Positions 23,941 through 37,902 of a DNA stretch of 64,000 nucleotides are shown piece after piece. A program made the position numbers and the translations under genes. The notes beneath the pieces were generated by a model that was not told the DNA's origin, did no database searches, and saw only the letters and a program-made list of their open reading frames with translations. Positions within the stretch are counted from its first letter, which is position 1; each line of letters begins with the position of its first letter. Source of the DNA: Microthyrium microscopicum (taxonomy: Eukaryota); the NCBI GenBank assembly GCA_010405405.1, contig MU004240.1, forward strand, positions 386,316 to 450,315, read 5' to 3'.

Positions 23941-25914
23941 ATGTACAATTCCGTTGTTGTTTTCTCAAGCATCTACCATGGTCTTGGATCGTCACATAAC
24001 CATGTCACATCATTCTGAGCCTTTCATGAGCGTTCAGCATTTGCTCAGTTCAAAGTTGTCTCTTGACTCTCATAATACTTTTCATACCATCGGAACCCAG
24101 GATGGACCTACGGACGTCCTTGCAAAATTTGTTGGCTCAAGAAAGGAGTTTGTGTGAAATTCGGCTTTGAAATAGCTGTCAGCTTACACTTTTGAGAGCA
24201 ACAATCCTTGCTTGGATTATTGGACTGGAAACTTTTTGTTCTTTCGGCGCGAGTCTCATAGAAAACGACTCATCGACCGCCTTTCACGGTTTTATACTCT
24301 GCTCGGACGGCTTCACTTTACAGCGATTCATGGGCTTTCGGAAGTCTTTTCGCGAAACCTGTTTTTTTTCTTGTTTATCATGTGCGGCGACGGTCATCGG
24401 ACTCTCAATTAGGCGTTGGCGGTCTTCAGTTCGGCCATTCGATGGATGGCTCGACTTGTCGGTTTGTTTTTTACGAGGGTTCGACATACCAAGCGTTTTA
24501 TGTTGCGGTTTTTGTGGTGGCCTTTGAGTGCCCCGAATTTTGATTCCCCATATAAGTTTTTGTTAGTCTGATTTTCGATTTCTTCATTTTCCTATCAACC
24601 CCAAAGGGCTCTCGGATGACATGACCAAAAAAGTTTGCTGGCGATTTGTTCACACTTTCACATATTTTCGACTGCTGGACCGGGCTACAGATGTCTTTGG
24701 CCATATCACCAATTTCAATCTCCAGGTTCGGACCGGCATTCTGCAACTCTCGTTTTCATCGCAACAACGGGGCAAAAGCGCATTCTTCAGCAAGGTCTAT
24801 CCGGGATCTACCACTTTGCATTTTATTTCCTTCCTCATATTCGTTATCGTTTCAGCGGCGGTCGGGCAAACACAACTATAGACTTTTTTTTGCATTATTG
24901 TATTCGACAAACAAAGCATTTTGGGCGATTCACATCATGTCGGAGCCTGTTGTTTAAAAGACTTGAAACGTTTCTTCATGCACAACAAGCTTTTTCTTTA
25001 TTCTCCTTTTTACTACGCTTCTTCTCGCAGAAACGGAGAATTCCCAAAAAGAGAAAGATGGGATGAAAAATGGGAAGCGATACACTTTTTACTACTTCTT
25101 GTTCTTTATTGTTTTCTTTTTCTTCTTCTCCAGTGGTCTCATATGGATCGCTTGGGAGAAGTTCTTTTCATGTCATAAATTTTTTCTTGTCAAAATCCAA
25201 CTTAGCGAGCGCACCCCTCTTGATGTCAAGTGTTGACTCTGGGTGTCTAATGATTAAATGGTGGAGTAAAAATCAAATACTGCTGCTTTGCAGCATTGAA
25301 AGGCATTGAGAATACTTTGTTTTCTGCATATCGTGATATCAATCTGTTTTCATTTGCCCAATTCGCCGTAACTGATATTGCTCGTTTTGGTGGTACACTA
25401 ACGAACCAAAGCCGTGTCACGCTGCCACGTTAGTGATTGATTTGGTGTCCAGCTGGTTGGTTCCATGCGTCTGCGCCTCGAAGGGAGGAGTTGTATATCT
25501 GACTGCAGATGGTGTTTTTTCTCAGCCTCAATACACTGTGGTGAAGATGAATGAATATACAAATCATATTTCATTACGTTCATGGGCGTATGAATTTCCT
25601 TGGATCTACCTAAATTAAGCTACGCGTCTGTTCTTGGGAGCTTTTCGTCTCCATCATCAGTTCTTTGGACATTTCTGAGCTTTCTACGCAACATATGCAC
25701 GTCATACATGTCATTTTATGTGACCTGCTGGACCATCTAGAATCTCCTCTAGCCTCATCGTGTCGCTCGTAAATGGCGGTGTATTCCATCCTCCTGTCCT
25801 ATAGTTCCATCCACGTGAGCCATATTGGCTATCCATCGCCTGGGTCCGAAGTCCCGTAGTCAACCAACCCATCCTACCGCGTCCAGCATAACCACTTCTC
25901 GCACGTCAAACATT

Positions 25915-27211
25915 TCACGGCCTCGCGCCCACGCGCGCCTCATACGCACTCCATGCTTCCGTCCGATATCGTGCCGCCAACCCCGCTCTATCCTCCGCCT
26001 CCAATATTCCCCGTCCCACAATGATGATGTCTGCGCCATCGCGCCCGACTACCTGTTTGGGACTATGATACTGCTGACCCAGCCCATCACCCGCACTCTC
26101 CATGCCCTCCGGCAGGAGTTTCACGCCTGGCGTAAGTGTAAGAAAGTTGTCGTTCTCGTTGACGTTCAAGCTGCGCTGCGCGATGTAGCCGAGCACGAAA
26201 TCTGGGTTGTCGCGCGCAATCTCGACACAGGCGGCGGTATATTCGGGGGTGAGTAAATTTGATGCGGAGCTCATTTGTGCGAGGAGGAGACAGGAGCGTA
26301 GATATGGGATGGGTCCTAGGCGTGCGAGCGCATCGTCGAGACTGTCAGGTTGGGGAATGGAGGCGAAGAAGGGTTTTGTTGGTGCTGGGCTGAGTGGTTC
26401 GGAGCGGGTGGAGATTGTGGTTGAGATGGAGACGATTGATTGTTTGCGGGTTTCCTTGTGGGCGCTTAAGCCGACTGGGTGGTGTGCGTTGTTCTCGTCA
26501 AAGGGAGTACCGAAGCTATTTTCTGAGCTGCGTGAGGGGTTGCGCAGGGTGAAAGGGCGTGTGGTGCTGGTGGTGAGGTTTTGTGTTGGGCTGCCGGTGC
26601 GGGTTTCGCTGTCGTCTTCGCGGTCGTCGTACGAGTCAGAGTCGTCGCTGTCGTTGGCGGCGGGGCCGGAGGAAATTTCGGTGTGGACGGTCATGTTGTA
26701 GGAGGATATGGCGGCTGCGGCGGCTTGCTTGAGGGCGGTGACGATTGCTGGGCCGGGGAGGACGTGGACTGTTACGAGTTCGGCCCATTTTGCGATGCTT
26801 TGTGGGCCGGCGGAGTATTGTTTCTGAACTGTGCCTGGGGACATGTTAGCTTGGTGTATCTATAAATCGCATGATGCTGTTTGGGGCAAACATACTTCCA
26901 ATGTCGGCGAATTTTCTATCTTCGAAAATCAAAAAGTGCTTTCTCCTAGCAATCTCCTTCAACTGAGTTGTCGTGCGATCACTGAAATCACTAATGATGT
27001 CTGCGTGCGTTTTCAGCATGCATATTTGGTCGCCTAATTCCTCCGCAATTGCCAGCAGTTCAGAGGTTGTAGTGACATCAGCTGAAAGGCATAGGTTCGT
27101 TCTTTTTATAGTCATGAGATTTAGAAGGTAGGCGTTCAGCGGAGGACATGATGGCAAGGCTGCTCTTGAGGAAAATGATAGAGTGAGTGAGTGGTGTTTT
27201 GATTCCGTCAT
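25915..27211 (-). CDS. pyrG: Orotidine-5'-phosphate decarboxylase (exons 27211-26896, 26834-25915)
   Basis: NLCLSADV, LKTHADI, FLIFEDRKFADIG|STVQKQY, LLLAQMSS, TPGV, GDGLGQQY, IIIVGRGI. Confidence 0.97.
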
Positions 27212-27646
27212 ATTGAAGGTTGGTGGGTGCCCCACGTATGTCAGTTTGTTGCTTGAGATGTATGAGGCGATAGTCTTGTGCAGTACCAGTAGAAGGCGAG
27301 TGAGAAACAGGAACCAAATACAGTAATAGCAGGCCAAATCCAAATATCAGATTACCCGGTCCAGTTTTGTAGTAGATGATGTGCTGCAGCTACCAGGAGC
27401 AAGGGCGGCGCGTTTAGCAAAAGATTGTAGTCGTGGACAGCGGTGATCAGGAATCAGGGGATTGATGAGGCGGTTGGGCAGGGTCACACCAATATATATT
27501 ATACGCCCTGCGTCTACGTTATCCGGGAAATGGCAGAAATTTGACGAATGCTCGAGGATGATGTTGTTGAGTTGGTGGCGTTTGAAGGTACGGCGAGACC
27601 AAGGGTACCAAGAAGAGAGGGGTGCCTTTCTTTAGCACAACACCTA

Positions 27647-29451
27647 ACGTGGTGGACCCAGATCCCGACAGACCCCTTACCCGACACCCCTCATAGATAT
27701 ATTGTAAATTTAGATCAACCACCACAACAATGCCATTTAATGTTGTTTTACCTTGAAATTTAAATGGTGAATCAATCAGACCTTGATCTAGCTGTTGCTG
27801 CCTTTTTAAATGGCGAATACCCCTCAGAAGCCAAAGCGGCGAAGGCTTTTTGTGTCCCTAGATCTACCTTCAAAGATAGACTTCGAGGAGTAGAATCTCG
27901 TCAGTCCAGCCATTCCTCCTATCAAAAATTGTCTATTTCAGAAGAGCATGAAATTGTCAATTGGATTAAGAGCGAAGAATTGGCTGGTTGTCCTCCTACC
28001 TACGTGAGGATCAAAGACTTTGCCCAAGGAATTTTACAGCAGCGAATCCCAGAGGCCTTTTTAGGCGTAAATTGGCACAAATCATTCAAAAAGCGAAATC
28101 CAGAAGTCGTTTCGATTGTTGCTCATCGTATTGATAAACAACGAGTAGACGGCACAAATTTTGAAGCCGTTACGGACTTCTTTGAGCGATTTGAAAGCAC
28201 TGTTTCTTCTCACAAGGTCAAACCGGCCAACATTTACAACATGGACGAAACTGGAATGCGTCTAGGTATCTCAGGCAAAGAGATTGTAATAGTATCACGT
28301 CAAACAGCCGAAAAAACAAAGGCTAGAGATCTCTTTGTTTCAGAGAACGGTGGACGAGAGAATACGTCCATTTTGGAGACCGTTTCAGCTACCGGTCGAA
28401 CAATTCCCTTCCTGGCTATCTACAAAGGCCAAAACGTTCAGGATTCATAGTTCCCACCTAATTTCCATGAGGAATTAGAATCCAAAGGCTACTCTTTTGC
28501 TGCCACGACCAATAGCTAGACGTCGAATCAGCTAGGCGAGCAATGGGTTGAAAAAACGTTTTTACCCTTCACCAAACCATCAAATGAAGAAGAATGGAGA
28601 ATTCTTATTTGCGACAATCATGGCTCACATACTACGTCTAAATTTCGCTATTTATGCCTCAAAAACAAAGTACAAATCGTCTATTTACCACCTCATTTAT
28701 CACATCGAACCCAGCCTTTAGATGTAGGCATATTTGGACCATTAAAACGTCATTTTACAGCAGCTTTGAACCGATCTTCTCTTAAATTATCTTCTACACC
28801 AGTTATGAAGAGAATCTTTATACAAATGTATATGGTTGCTCGCGAAAAAGCCTTTACAAAGGCAAATGGAGAGTCTGCCTTTAAAGCTACTGGAATTTGG
28901 CCCGTAAATCGACATAAAGTACTTTAGCATGTTCCAAAAACAACAGAAAATTCCCAGCAGTTAAATCCCACCAATTCTACACCAAATCAGGCTCCTTTAC
29001 CTTCTTTACCGTTTGTTAAAAGCCTTGCTTTTACACCTAGAACGAAGCGATCAGTTATGCGCGGAGTTTCAAGAGAAATCAGCCAAATCTCTTCCCACAA
29101 TTTAGCTCTTCAACAACACATAGTTACGCTCAAAAACCAAATAACTATGTTAACAGCACCTAAAGGATCAGGTACTAGGAAGAAGAGAAATTACAATGCA
29201 GAATTAGAAGATGAATCTTCGATTGCTTTGGAATTCGCTTCAAACAAGCTTTCTCAAATTTCTGAAGCAATTCTACATGCTTAGAACAAACGAAAAAAGG
29301 CAAATTCAGGTGTTAAAATTAGGCTTAATCTTGCAATTTAAATCATTTAATTATATTGTGTTTTGGTTGAGTTATTACGCAGTGATTTAATTACCCCTAT
29401 TTATTTTGGGGTGTCGAGTTCTGGGTCTGTCGGGATCTGGGTCCACTACGT
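27647..29451 (+). mobile_element. Full-length Fot1/pogo-family (Tc1/mariner superfamily) DNA transposon, 1805 bp, TA target-site duplication
   Basis: About 44-bp TIRs: acgtggtggacccagatcccgacagacccc...cgacacccc at 27647, and its near reverse complement ending gggtccactacgt at 29451. TA flanks at 27645-46 and 29452-53. AT-richer than the flanks. Confidence 0.95.
27764..29341 (+). pseudogene. Fot1-type DD35D transposase with 4 premature TAG stops and no frameshift
   Basis: HTH_psq-like AAKAFCVPRSTF, CENP-B HTH, YNMDETG, ICDNHGSH, QPLDVG with 35 residues between the 2nd and 3rd Asp. In-frame TAG at 28448, 28517, 28925 and 29282. Confidence 0.93.
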
Positions 29452-30809
29452 TACAGCCTACGGTAACGTTGGTTCTGCTAATGCATGTCCTCTGTTGGAA
29501 GATCGTTGGCGTTTGCTTGGCTACATGAACAGGCAAAGCAATTGTTGGTCTACATTACTAGTAGTATTGACAAGTACTGACATATCGTAGAATACAAAAG
29601 TGAATGAAGTTCTTGACCCTGATCATTGAGTCCGACGATCGATATCAATCAGGCCCCTTACACGTGAATAATAGACTCAAAGCTGGCAAATCCATGAGAA
29701 TACATGGTGGTTCGATTCACAAATGCACTGTATAGACGCGCTGATCCTCTGATCTCTACTCTTCACCGTTGGATAACCACTGCTTTGGGAAGTTGGCCGT
29801 GTCCTCCGGTTTATTCTCCCCACGATCCTAGCGCAGATCTTGCTGCAACGAGCGTTCCTAGATGAATGAGGTCACTGCCCTGAGTTCCTGACTGATGACT
29901 CATCTTGATGTTGTGCCATCAAAAGGTGGGATATGCAGCCACCCGAGCCTGGCTTTCCACTGACAGCGTTCAATGACGTTCCATATCAACTTTTAAAAGA
30001 CTACTACTATGCTCGGCGCGCCCGCTGCAGTTGCAGATGTTTGCTCCCTGGATGTTTACTTGAACGAATAGAAGGAGAAGATGGGACTGCGGAGAACAAC
30101 ACAATGGCGCATCACGTCCAAATTGGATAGTAGTTATACAGCAACACAGTGCCTGCAGCTGTTAGTATCAAATGCTGTGGCCATTGGCAGCAGGCTGAAG
30201 GTGATGGAAATGTTGGCACTAATGCAGGCTGTGAATAGGATCGATTTCTCTGTCCAATTGAGTTGATTATATGTCAGTATAGATTTAGTTCTTGCAAGAC
30301 TGGAAATGCCATCTTACAAACATGACCAGAGGCTTCATCATAGACGACGCCAGATCGTAGGCTTATCAGAGCCTGAACGATGTCTCAAGTCATATAACCA
30401 GATGCATTTAGGTACTGCCACGTCTGAGCTATGGCACCAGACGACAAGCAATCTACAATTACACGGGACCGATATAAGGTCCGCTCTAGTATCTCTAGCA
30501 TAAGGTTTTACTACAACATTAAGCTTCTGTCGATCATGATCGAGGACTCAAAGCTCATAGCTTAAGCCACCTTTCGCAGATGTGTGGCTGCAGTTTGCAT
30601 GAGTATTACATAACGGACGGGGGCGTTCATTATTCGAGAACCAGCACACTAGCCAGGAATAAGATCGCAATAGCTCAATTCCCACTGTATTTTCTCTTTG
30701 TGTTACTGATCCTACTAAATCCAAACTTGCAGTTGATGAGCACACTGGATGATTTGAGGAGACGAAAAATGTGAGGTCGATTTGAAAATATCGTAGGTCA
30801 TGTTTTATC

Positions 30810-31885
30810 TTACACTGCACTGTACCCTCCTCTTGATCCTCCGCTTCCTTGTGCTTTTCGTAGGATATCCTTGACAATGTATGGGATGTCTCTGATCGTG
30901 TCAGAATGAGGTAGAAGGTCCAGACCTCTTGCTCCATATCGTGTGTAATTGAGCCAGCTGCCGAATATGATATACGCCGCAATGCTGAGGAATAGTCTCG
31001 AGTGAAGTTAGCAAAAAGCCAATCTTAAAGAGTCGTGAACTTACATTATGATAAACCATGTAAAGAAACCCCAGCTGGTGCTTGGATCTTGAGGAATGTC
31101 TGCCGCGTCCTCACAGGCATATTGACTTTGCCAGTCCAGTCGAAGTATACCCCAGATCTCGCCTCTAACATCTTCCTCGCCATAGCTGACGACTTTGAGG
31201 GCTTCCGCAATTTCATCGTCTCTCTTAGCCAGGCTCTCGGACTTTACTTTCGGTTGTTCTTTGGGCTCCCATCCGGTCATCTTCTTGTTGCAAACAAGTT
31301 CGATAACGGCTTTTTGTTGAATTCCTTTAGGACTACTCAGAGGATCTCTCCCACCAGTCATTTCCAAACGGAGACCTTCTCGTTGCGCATCAGCGTGAGA
31401 TCCTGCGGTCTTTAATCGAGTGGGCTTGACTTCGAGATGGACTCCAGTGTTCATTGAGAACTCTCCAGCAATTGCGACCCACTTCCGAACTGTAGCATTT
31501 CCTTCGTTAGGCTTGTCAGGATCGAAGTCACGCTCGACAGCGCATACTAGCAGCTTCGTTAGCTTCAACTATATAGATGGAGATGTGTCAACTCACTGTT
31601 AGTGTTAGTTGGACATTGGTGCTTCTCATCCACGTCCTTTTCTTTCCCGAGATTATCACACAAGTTCAGGCTAAAGGTCCAATTTGACGCTGTGGGTTGG
31701 CCTTCTTGTATGTCCTGCCACGATACTGAGTGTTTGCCGCCTAGTTTGCCCAAATTCCAGTGTACGCCTGCATCCATAATGTCTTTGCAATTCCAGCCTA
31801 GCCCAAATACTGGTGATGCCAGCCCGAGTATCAACGCTATCGTCCGCCATGTTGGACGCTGTGTAGATGATGTGGTTGATGACAT
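30810..31885 (-). CDS. ATG27: Autophagy-related protein Atg27 (exons 31885-31597, 31547-31045, 30996-30810)
   Basis: Signal peptide, Cys-containing MRH-like luminal domain (LRLDWQSQYACE), TM WGFFTWFII|ILFLSIAAYIIFGSW, DLLPH motif and C-terminal YSAV sorting signal. Confidence 0.92.
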
Positions 31886-32884
31886 ATTGTGTTGAAATCG
31901 AAGGTCGGGAATATTAATGGAGGAACAGAGCTCGTAGCTCGAGACGGAAGCAAGGTGATCAGCGGGTTGGGTAAAACGACATACAAGAAGAGAAGAGAGT
32001 GTTGGATTAGAAGAGAGAAGCCTGGAGAAGGAAGAGAAGGCGGCGGCGAGTATGGTATTGGGGGTGGAACACGGCGTGCATGGAGGTAATCGAGATAAAA
32101 CGCTCCAACAGCTTCAACTGACGCAACATCTACATCTGGTCCGAGCGTCTACACCTGCCCATAAAATATAAATTGGCGATGCCTTTTTTTTATACAACAG
32201 AGAATTATCTACCTAGCCAGTTGATTATTGCTTTTTGGATTATGCTCACTGCGGTGGGGATATACTTCTTCATAGTACATTATTTTGAATTGCATTACCG
32301 GTCTTCCCAAAAAATAGGCAGCGACTTTAAATTCTTGTAACAGGTCTATCTTCAAGCAATATGCAATTTACTCTTCAGTGACATATGCAAATCGACGGAA
32401 GGCTAGATCAAGCAAATAACAGCAGGACTACTGAGTGAGTTTAGAAGTAAAGACCCATTTCACCAGATACAGAGGAAAGTGAACACAAATCTGGTCGCAT
32501 CATTTTCGACTCGCAATTCTCAAGCCGCTGATTGACAAGATGCAAGTCGTTGCAACGAACTTGTAGTCATCGAAACATGCTCCTGCCTCTACTTCAGGAG
32601 CGCAGAGCGATATGTCTTGTGTCATATATGGACGGATATGTTGACATGGTAAGCAGACCAGCATGCGTTGCAGCTCAATGGCTCCATCGCATAGTCACTC
32701 TGCAACGTGAAGAATGAGTCTTTCTGTAGCTCGTACAATGCATTATATCATGTCTCCCCAGAGCCACCGAAAATCGCGGCCAACCAGCAGCCAGAGAAGT
32801 GAAAGCATCGCGTTGTAAGCCTCCATATTCTCCATCATTGGGTCATTGGACTAAGCCAATCTAGGCCTATGCAATGCGTGTTGT

Positions 32885-33258
32885 TCACTTCCTTTCTCCA
32901 AAAACAGCTTCTTTCACAACAGTAGCATCGCTGATAGAGTCAACCTGACCGTGATTACGCTTGTTTTCGAGGCCCCAATCAATCTGGCCACCGCCCTCTT
33001 CGCGACGTTTCTCGACATGGAGTTTGGCAGCATGAATGGAAGTACGGGTATATGCGAAGAGGATACAGGCCATGGAAAAGGCCGCTATTGGTGCACCGAG
33101 GAGCTACGGATAAAGCCGAAGATTAGGAATCGGAAGAGGTTCAAACGGCTGTCAGATCTTACTCGTGCATTGAATGGTTTTGCTCGTGGCCGGGATCCAG
33201 TAATTGGAGCTTCAGACATGCCATCGACACCGGGAGGTCTGGAAAGTCGTGCGCCCAT
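32885..33258 (-). CDS. Small (about 105 aa) hypothetical single-TM protein, two exons
   Basis: MGARLSRPPG...PFNAR|GTAAGA...CTAAT...TAG|LLGAPIAAFSMACILFAYTRTSIHAAK...GGQIDW...RNHG; the splice keeps the frame. Confidence 0.75.
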
Positions 33259-33333
33259 GATGCCAAATAAGATGAAGAAGATGGAGGTTGAGAAGGTTAG
33301 AAAGTATTTGGAAACGATGATGCTGACATATAA

Positions 33334-35155
<1,822 letters not shown>

Positions 35156-35409
35156 TTGTAAATAGGCATATGATGAGGAGGGATGATGTATGATCGAAAA
35201 GTAAGACACCGTCTAACATATTGCTTCACTGTTTTATTGGTCGTTTGCTTACCGATGATATCGCAGTAACCGAGTTGTGCAGTATCTGCCAACTTGTAAC
35301 TAGAGTACAGCGTTTGAATATGAATATTACAATGTACTTTCAAATATTGCTATCTGCCACTTTCAGAGCTCATTCCAGCTTCTTTATTGTGACCGAAGTT
35401 TCCTACACC

Positions 35410-36957
35410 ATGGCTTACAGAAGGCCATCACCCTCGAGCCCAAAATCGGAGAGTTTTCCTCAACGAACAACCTCTTCCAGCAGCAACAACTCTCGCCAGC
35501 GACCTGCCGCAGCTCCAGAGAATCGCCTTTTGCAGGCGATGCGCAAACGACAAGCGGCAATAGCTGCCGACAAGGCCAGAGAAGCTGAGAGAAGAGAAGC
35601 TGACCATCATGAACTGGATGTACAAGAGTATCCAAAGGGCTCAAACGATCCATCCGCACGACCAGAGCCTTCAACAGCACAGAATCAAGACGCTTCGGAA
35701 GCTGATATCAATAGATGGATGGAACAGCAAGACAGATGGATGCGAGAACAAGGACAATTTGCGCTGCAAGCCACGGCTGAACGTGTGGCACATGATGCGG
35801 ATGAGAACAGCTCAGTGACTGCGACTCCAGGGCCAGAGTCCTCCAAAAAGGGGAAAGAGAGAGCGGGTGCTGAATCTCCTGGCCTTGGGCCATACTCTTC
35901 TATCGAAGAGTATCTTTCGCATGCGGCGGGAGTGATAAAGGGATATCACGGCTATCCGTTGTCATATGAAGAAGCAAGACGCGAGATTTTAGATCTTAGC
36001 AAGCTTTGTCTTGTGGACTGGAAGTCTGAGGATGCAAAGAAGCTATTTGACGAGATCCTCATCGCACTTGCAAGTATTTTTCAACCAGATGAGACGTCTC
36101 TGTTTAATCCTCGTGAGATTACTCAAGAGACAACGAGTTCTTATCCTTGGGCTCAACCCGTTGTACCTACGACACCAATGAGCCCTGAGGGATATATCCC
36201 AATAGCAATTGGGCGAGATATCCCATCAGGAAACACACCAATGAGCCCAAGAGATAAACCGCTACCTCCACCTCCGGATGAAGACGAGATTGACGTCGAT
36301 TACTCTTGCATACCACCCCCGATAGATTGGAAAAAGGTAAATCAGCTTCCAGAGCGACCGCCTACTCCACCACCTAGAGAACCATCACCAACTCCAAGTT
36401 CAATGTACTCTCTCTACCACTCCCTGCCCGACTCACAGCAACCCGACCCCACAATGGCAAGCCGTCTCTCCCGTCCAGTCTCCGATCTCTCTTCCGGCCA
36501 CATCTCTGCTCACCACTTCAGTAACCAACAATCAACTCGAACTATCCAACAACCCATCCATAGCACCAAGCAATCACCCTCCCCAACCCGCCAGCGCCTC
36601 GCCTCACCACACCTCAACATCATCCACGACCCAGCCCACGGCGGTCCTACACTAACCAGACCAAACGTCCAGCCTATACTCGTTCCACCAGCCTCACGAC
36701 CGCATGGTCCATCGCCACTAGGTCCATCGCGCGGTCGCCCCTTAGCATCTGCACCGGTCTTGTCACCCATAATAGGGTCGCCGACGGGCAGCAGTGGCTA
36801 TGGTGGTCCGTCGCCTGGAACGTCGCCGCCAGGTCGGCAGCCTCAGCCTGGATGGGGCGCGTGGCCGCCGGGTTCGCAGCCAGGGTTTCAGAGAAATGGA
36901 ATCAGAGGTCTTAGGGGTATAGCAGAGGAGGAAGATCAGTTTTGTAGGCCGATGTAG
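35410..36957 (+). CDS. Pro/Ser-rich, largely disordered hypothetical protein
   Basis: Uninterrupted ORF of about 515 codons from ATG 35410; KPLPPPP and PPTPPPREPSP motifs; no recognisable domain. Confidence 0.75.
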   Translation: MAYRRPSPSSPKSESFPQRTTSSSSNNSRQRPAAAPENRLLQAMRKRQAAIAADKAREAERREADHHELDVQEYPKGSNDPSARPEPSTAQNQDASEADINRWMEQQDRWMREQGQFALQATAERVAHDADENSSVTATPGPESSKKGKERAGAESPGLGPYSSIEEYLSHAAGVIKGYHGYPLSYEEARREILDLSKLCLVDWKSEDAKKLFDEILIALASIFQPDETSLFNPREITQETTSSYPWAQPVVPTTPMSPEGYIPIAIGRDIPSGNTPMSPRDKPLPPPPDEDEIDVDYSCIPPPIDWKKVNQLPERPPTPPPREPSPTPSSMYSLYHSLPDSQQPDPTMASRLSRPVSDLSSGHISAHHFSNQQSTRTIQQPIHSTKQSPSPTRQRLASPHLNIIHDPAHGGPTLTRPNVQPILVPPASRPHGPSPLGPSRGRPLASAPVLSPIIGSPTGSSGYGGPSPGTSPPGRQPQPGWGAWPPGSQPGFQRNGIRGLRGIAEEEDQFCRPM

Positions 36958-37902
36958 AGAAACGGATGGGTGATGGAAGTTAGGGGTTTACATGTTGTGT
37001 ATTCGTCGACATTATTTTCATAACGTTCGATGATGAATTAAGCTATGTAATAATACAAGAAGAAGGTTCAAACAGATCTATCTATTAGTACAGAGGCGAC
37101 GAGGGTGAGGTTCGAGGTAGAGCAGAATCAATGTTGAACATTCTGAATATCACAGGCTACAAAAGAACGCAGCAAAACAGAGAACCGCCAACTGCTATGA
37201 ACAAGAGAAAAAATTGTAGAATGTGTATTCCAATATAGCAAAAAACTAACTAATCGATCGATTAGCTAGGAAGACTCTGCCTTATAAAGGTTGGTCCAAT
37301 TGGCTGCACCAAGTATGACTCGGGAATCGAACATGGCCTCTGCGATGCTTTAAAGATTAACTTTAAAAGCATACTTTGCTAAGACGTGAATGAAGAAACC
37401 GCGCCACAGGTACATGGTAAATTTGCAGAAATCAAGTACTTATATGGGCAGCGTGTTGGCTCTTCTAACACGCCACGGACGTTCGTCAGGACTCAGGTCT
37501 GAATGGAGAAGCAGCATGACTGACAAGACCAATCTGGAAATTGCTAATAAATACAGGAATTCCAGAAAATAGAAGTATCTTAGTTTCTGCTAATAATAAA
37601 TAATATAGTTTCAATCTGAAATAGGGGTTATATCGCTTCAGTGTTTGCGATGATATATCTTCAGGCCTTGTCATATCAACAAGCATTTCTATTCTTTACT
37701 TTGAACCAAATCTTGCCATGTACGAGACATCAGAGGTTCAAAGTGATTTATCGGTATCAAATGTTCAAGATGAGGATAATGTATTTTCTACCGGACCAGG
37801 TCTAAATTGTTCAGAAAGGTACACTGCCAATAACTTTCGCGGTCCCCTCCGCTGATCGCTGGTATCAAAGCGCCCTGACAGACTTTGAGATAGAAACCTG
37901 AA

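Noticed and set aside
24192..25309. Cluster of Phe-rich ORFs
   Set aside because: Artefacts of U-rich 3' UTR-like sequence.
28448..28519. Idea that the transposase TAG stops are corrected by A-to-I editing
   Set aside because: Two of the four stops are better explained as CAG>TAG, and the TIR shows the same CpA>TpA change; RIP is more parsimonious.
37300..37350. tRNA T-arm-like motif (gttcgattccc on the minus strand)
   Set aside because: No convincing acceptor, D or anticodon stems could be folded; at most a degenerate fragment.
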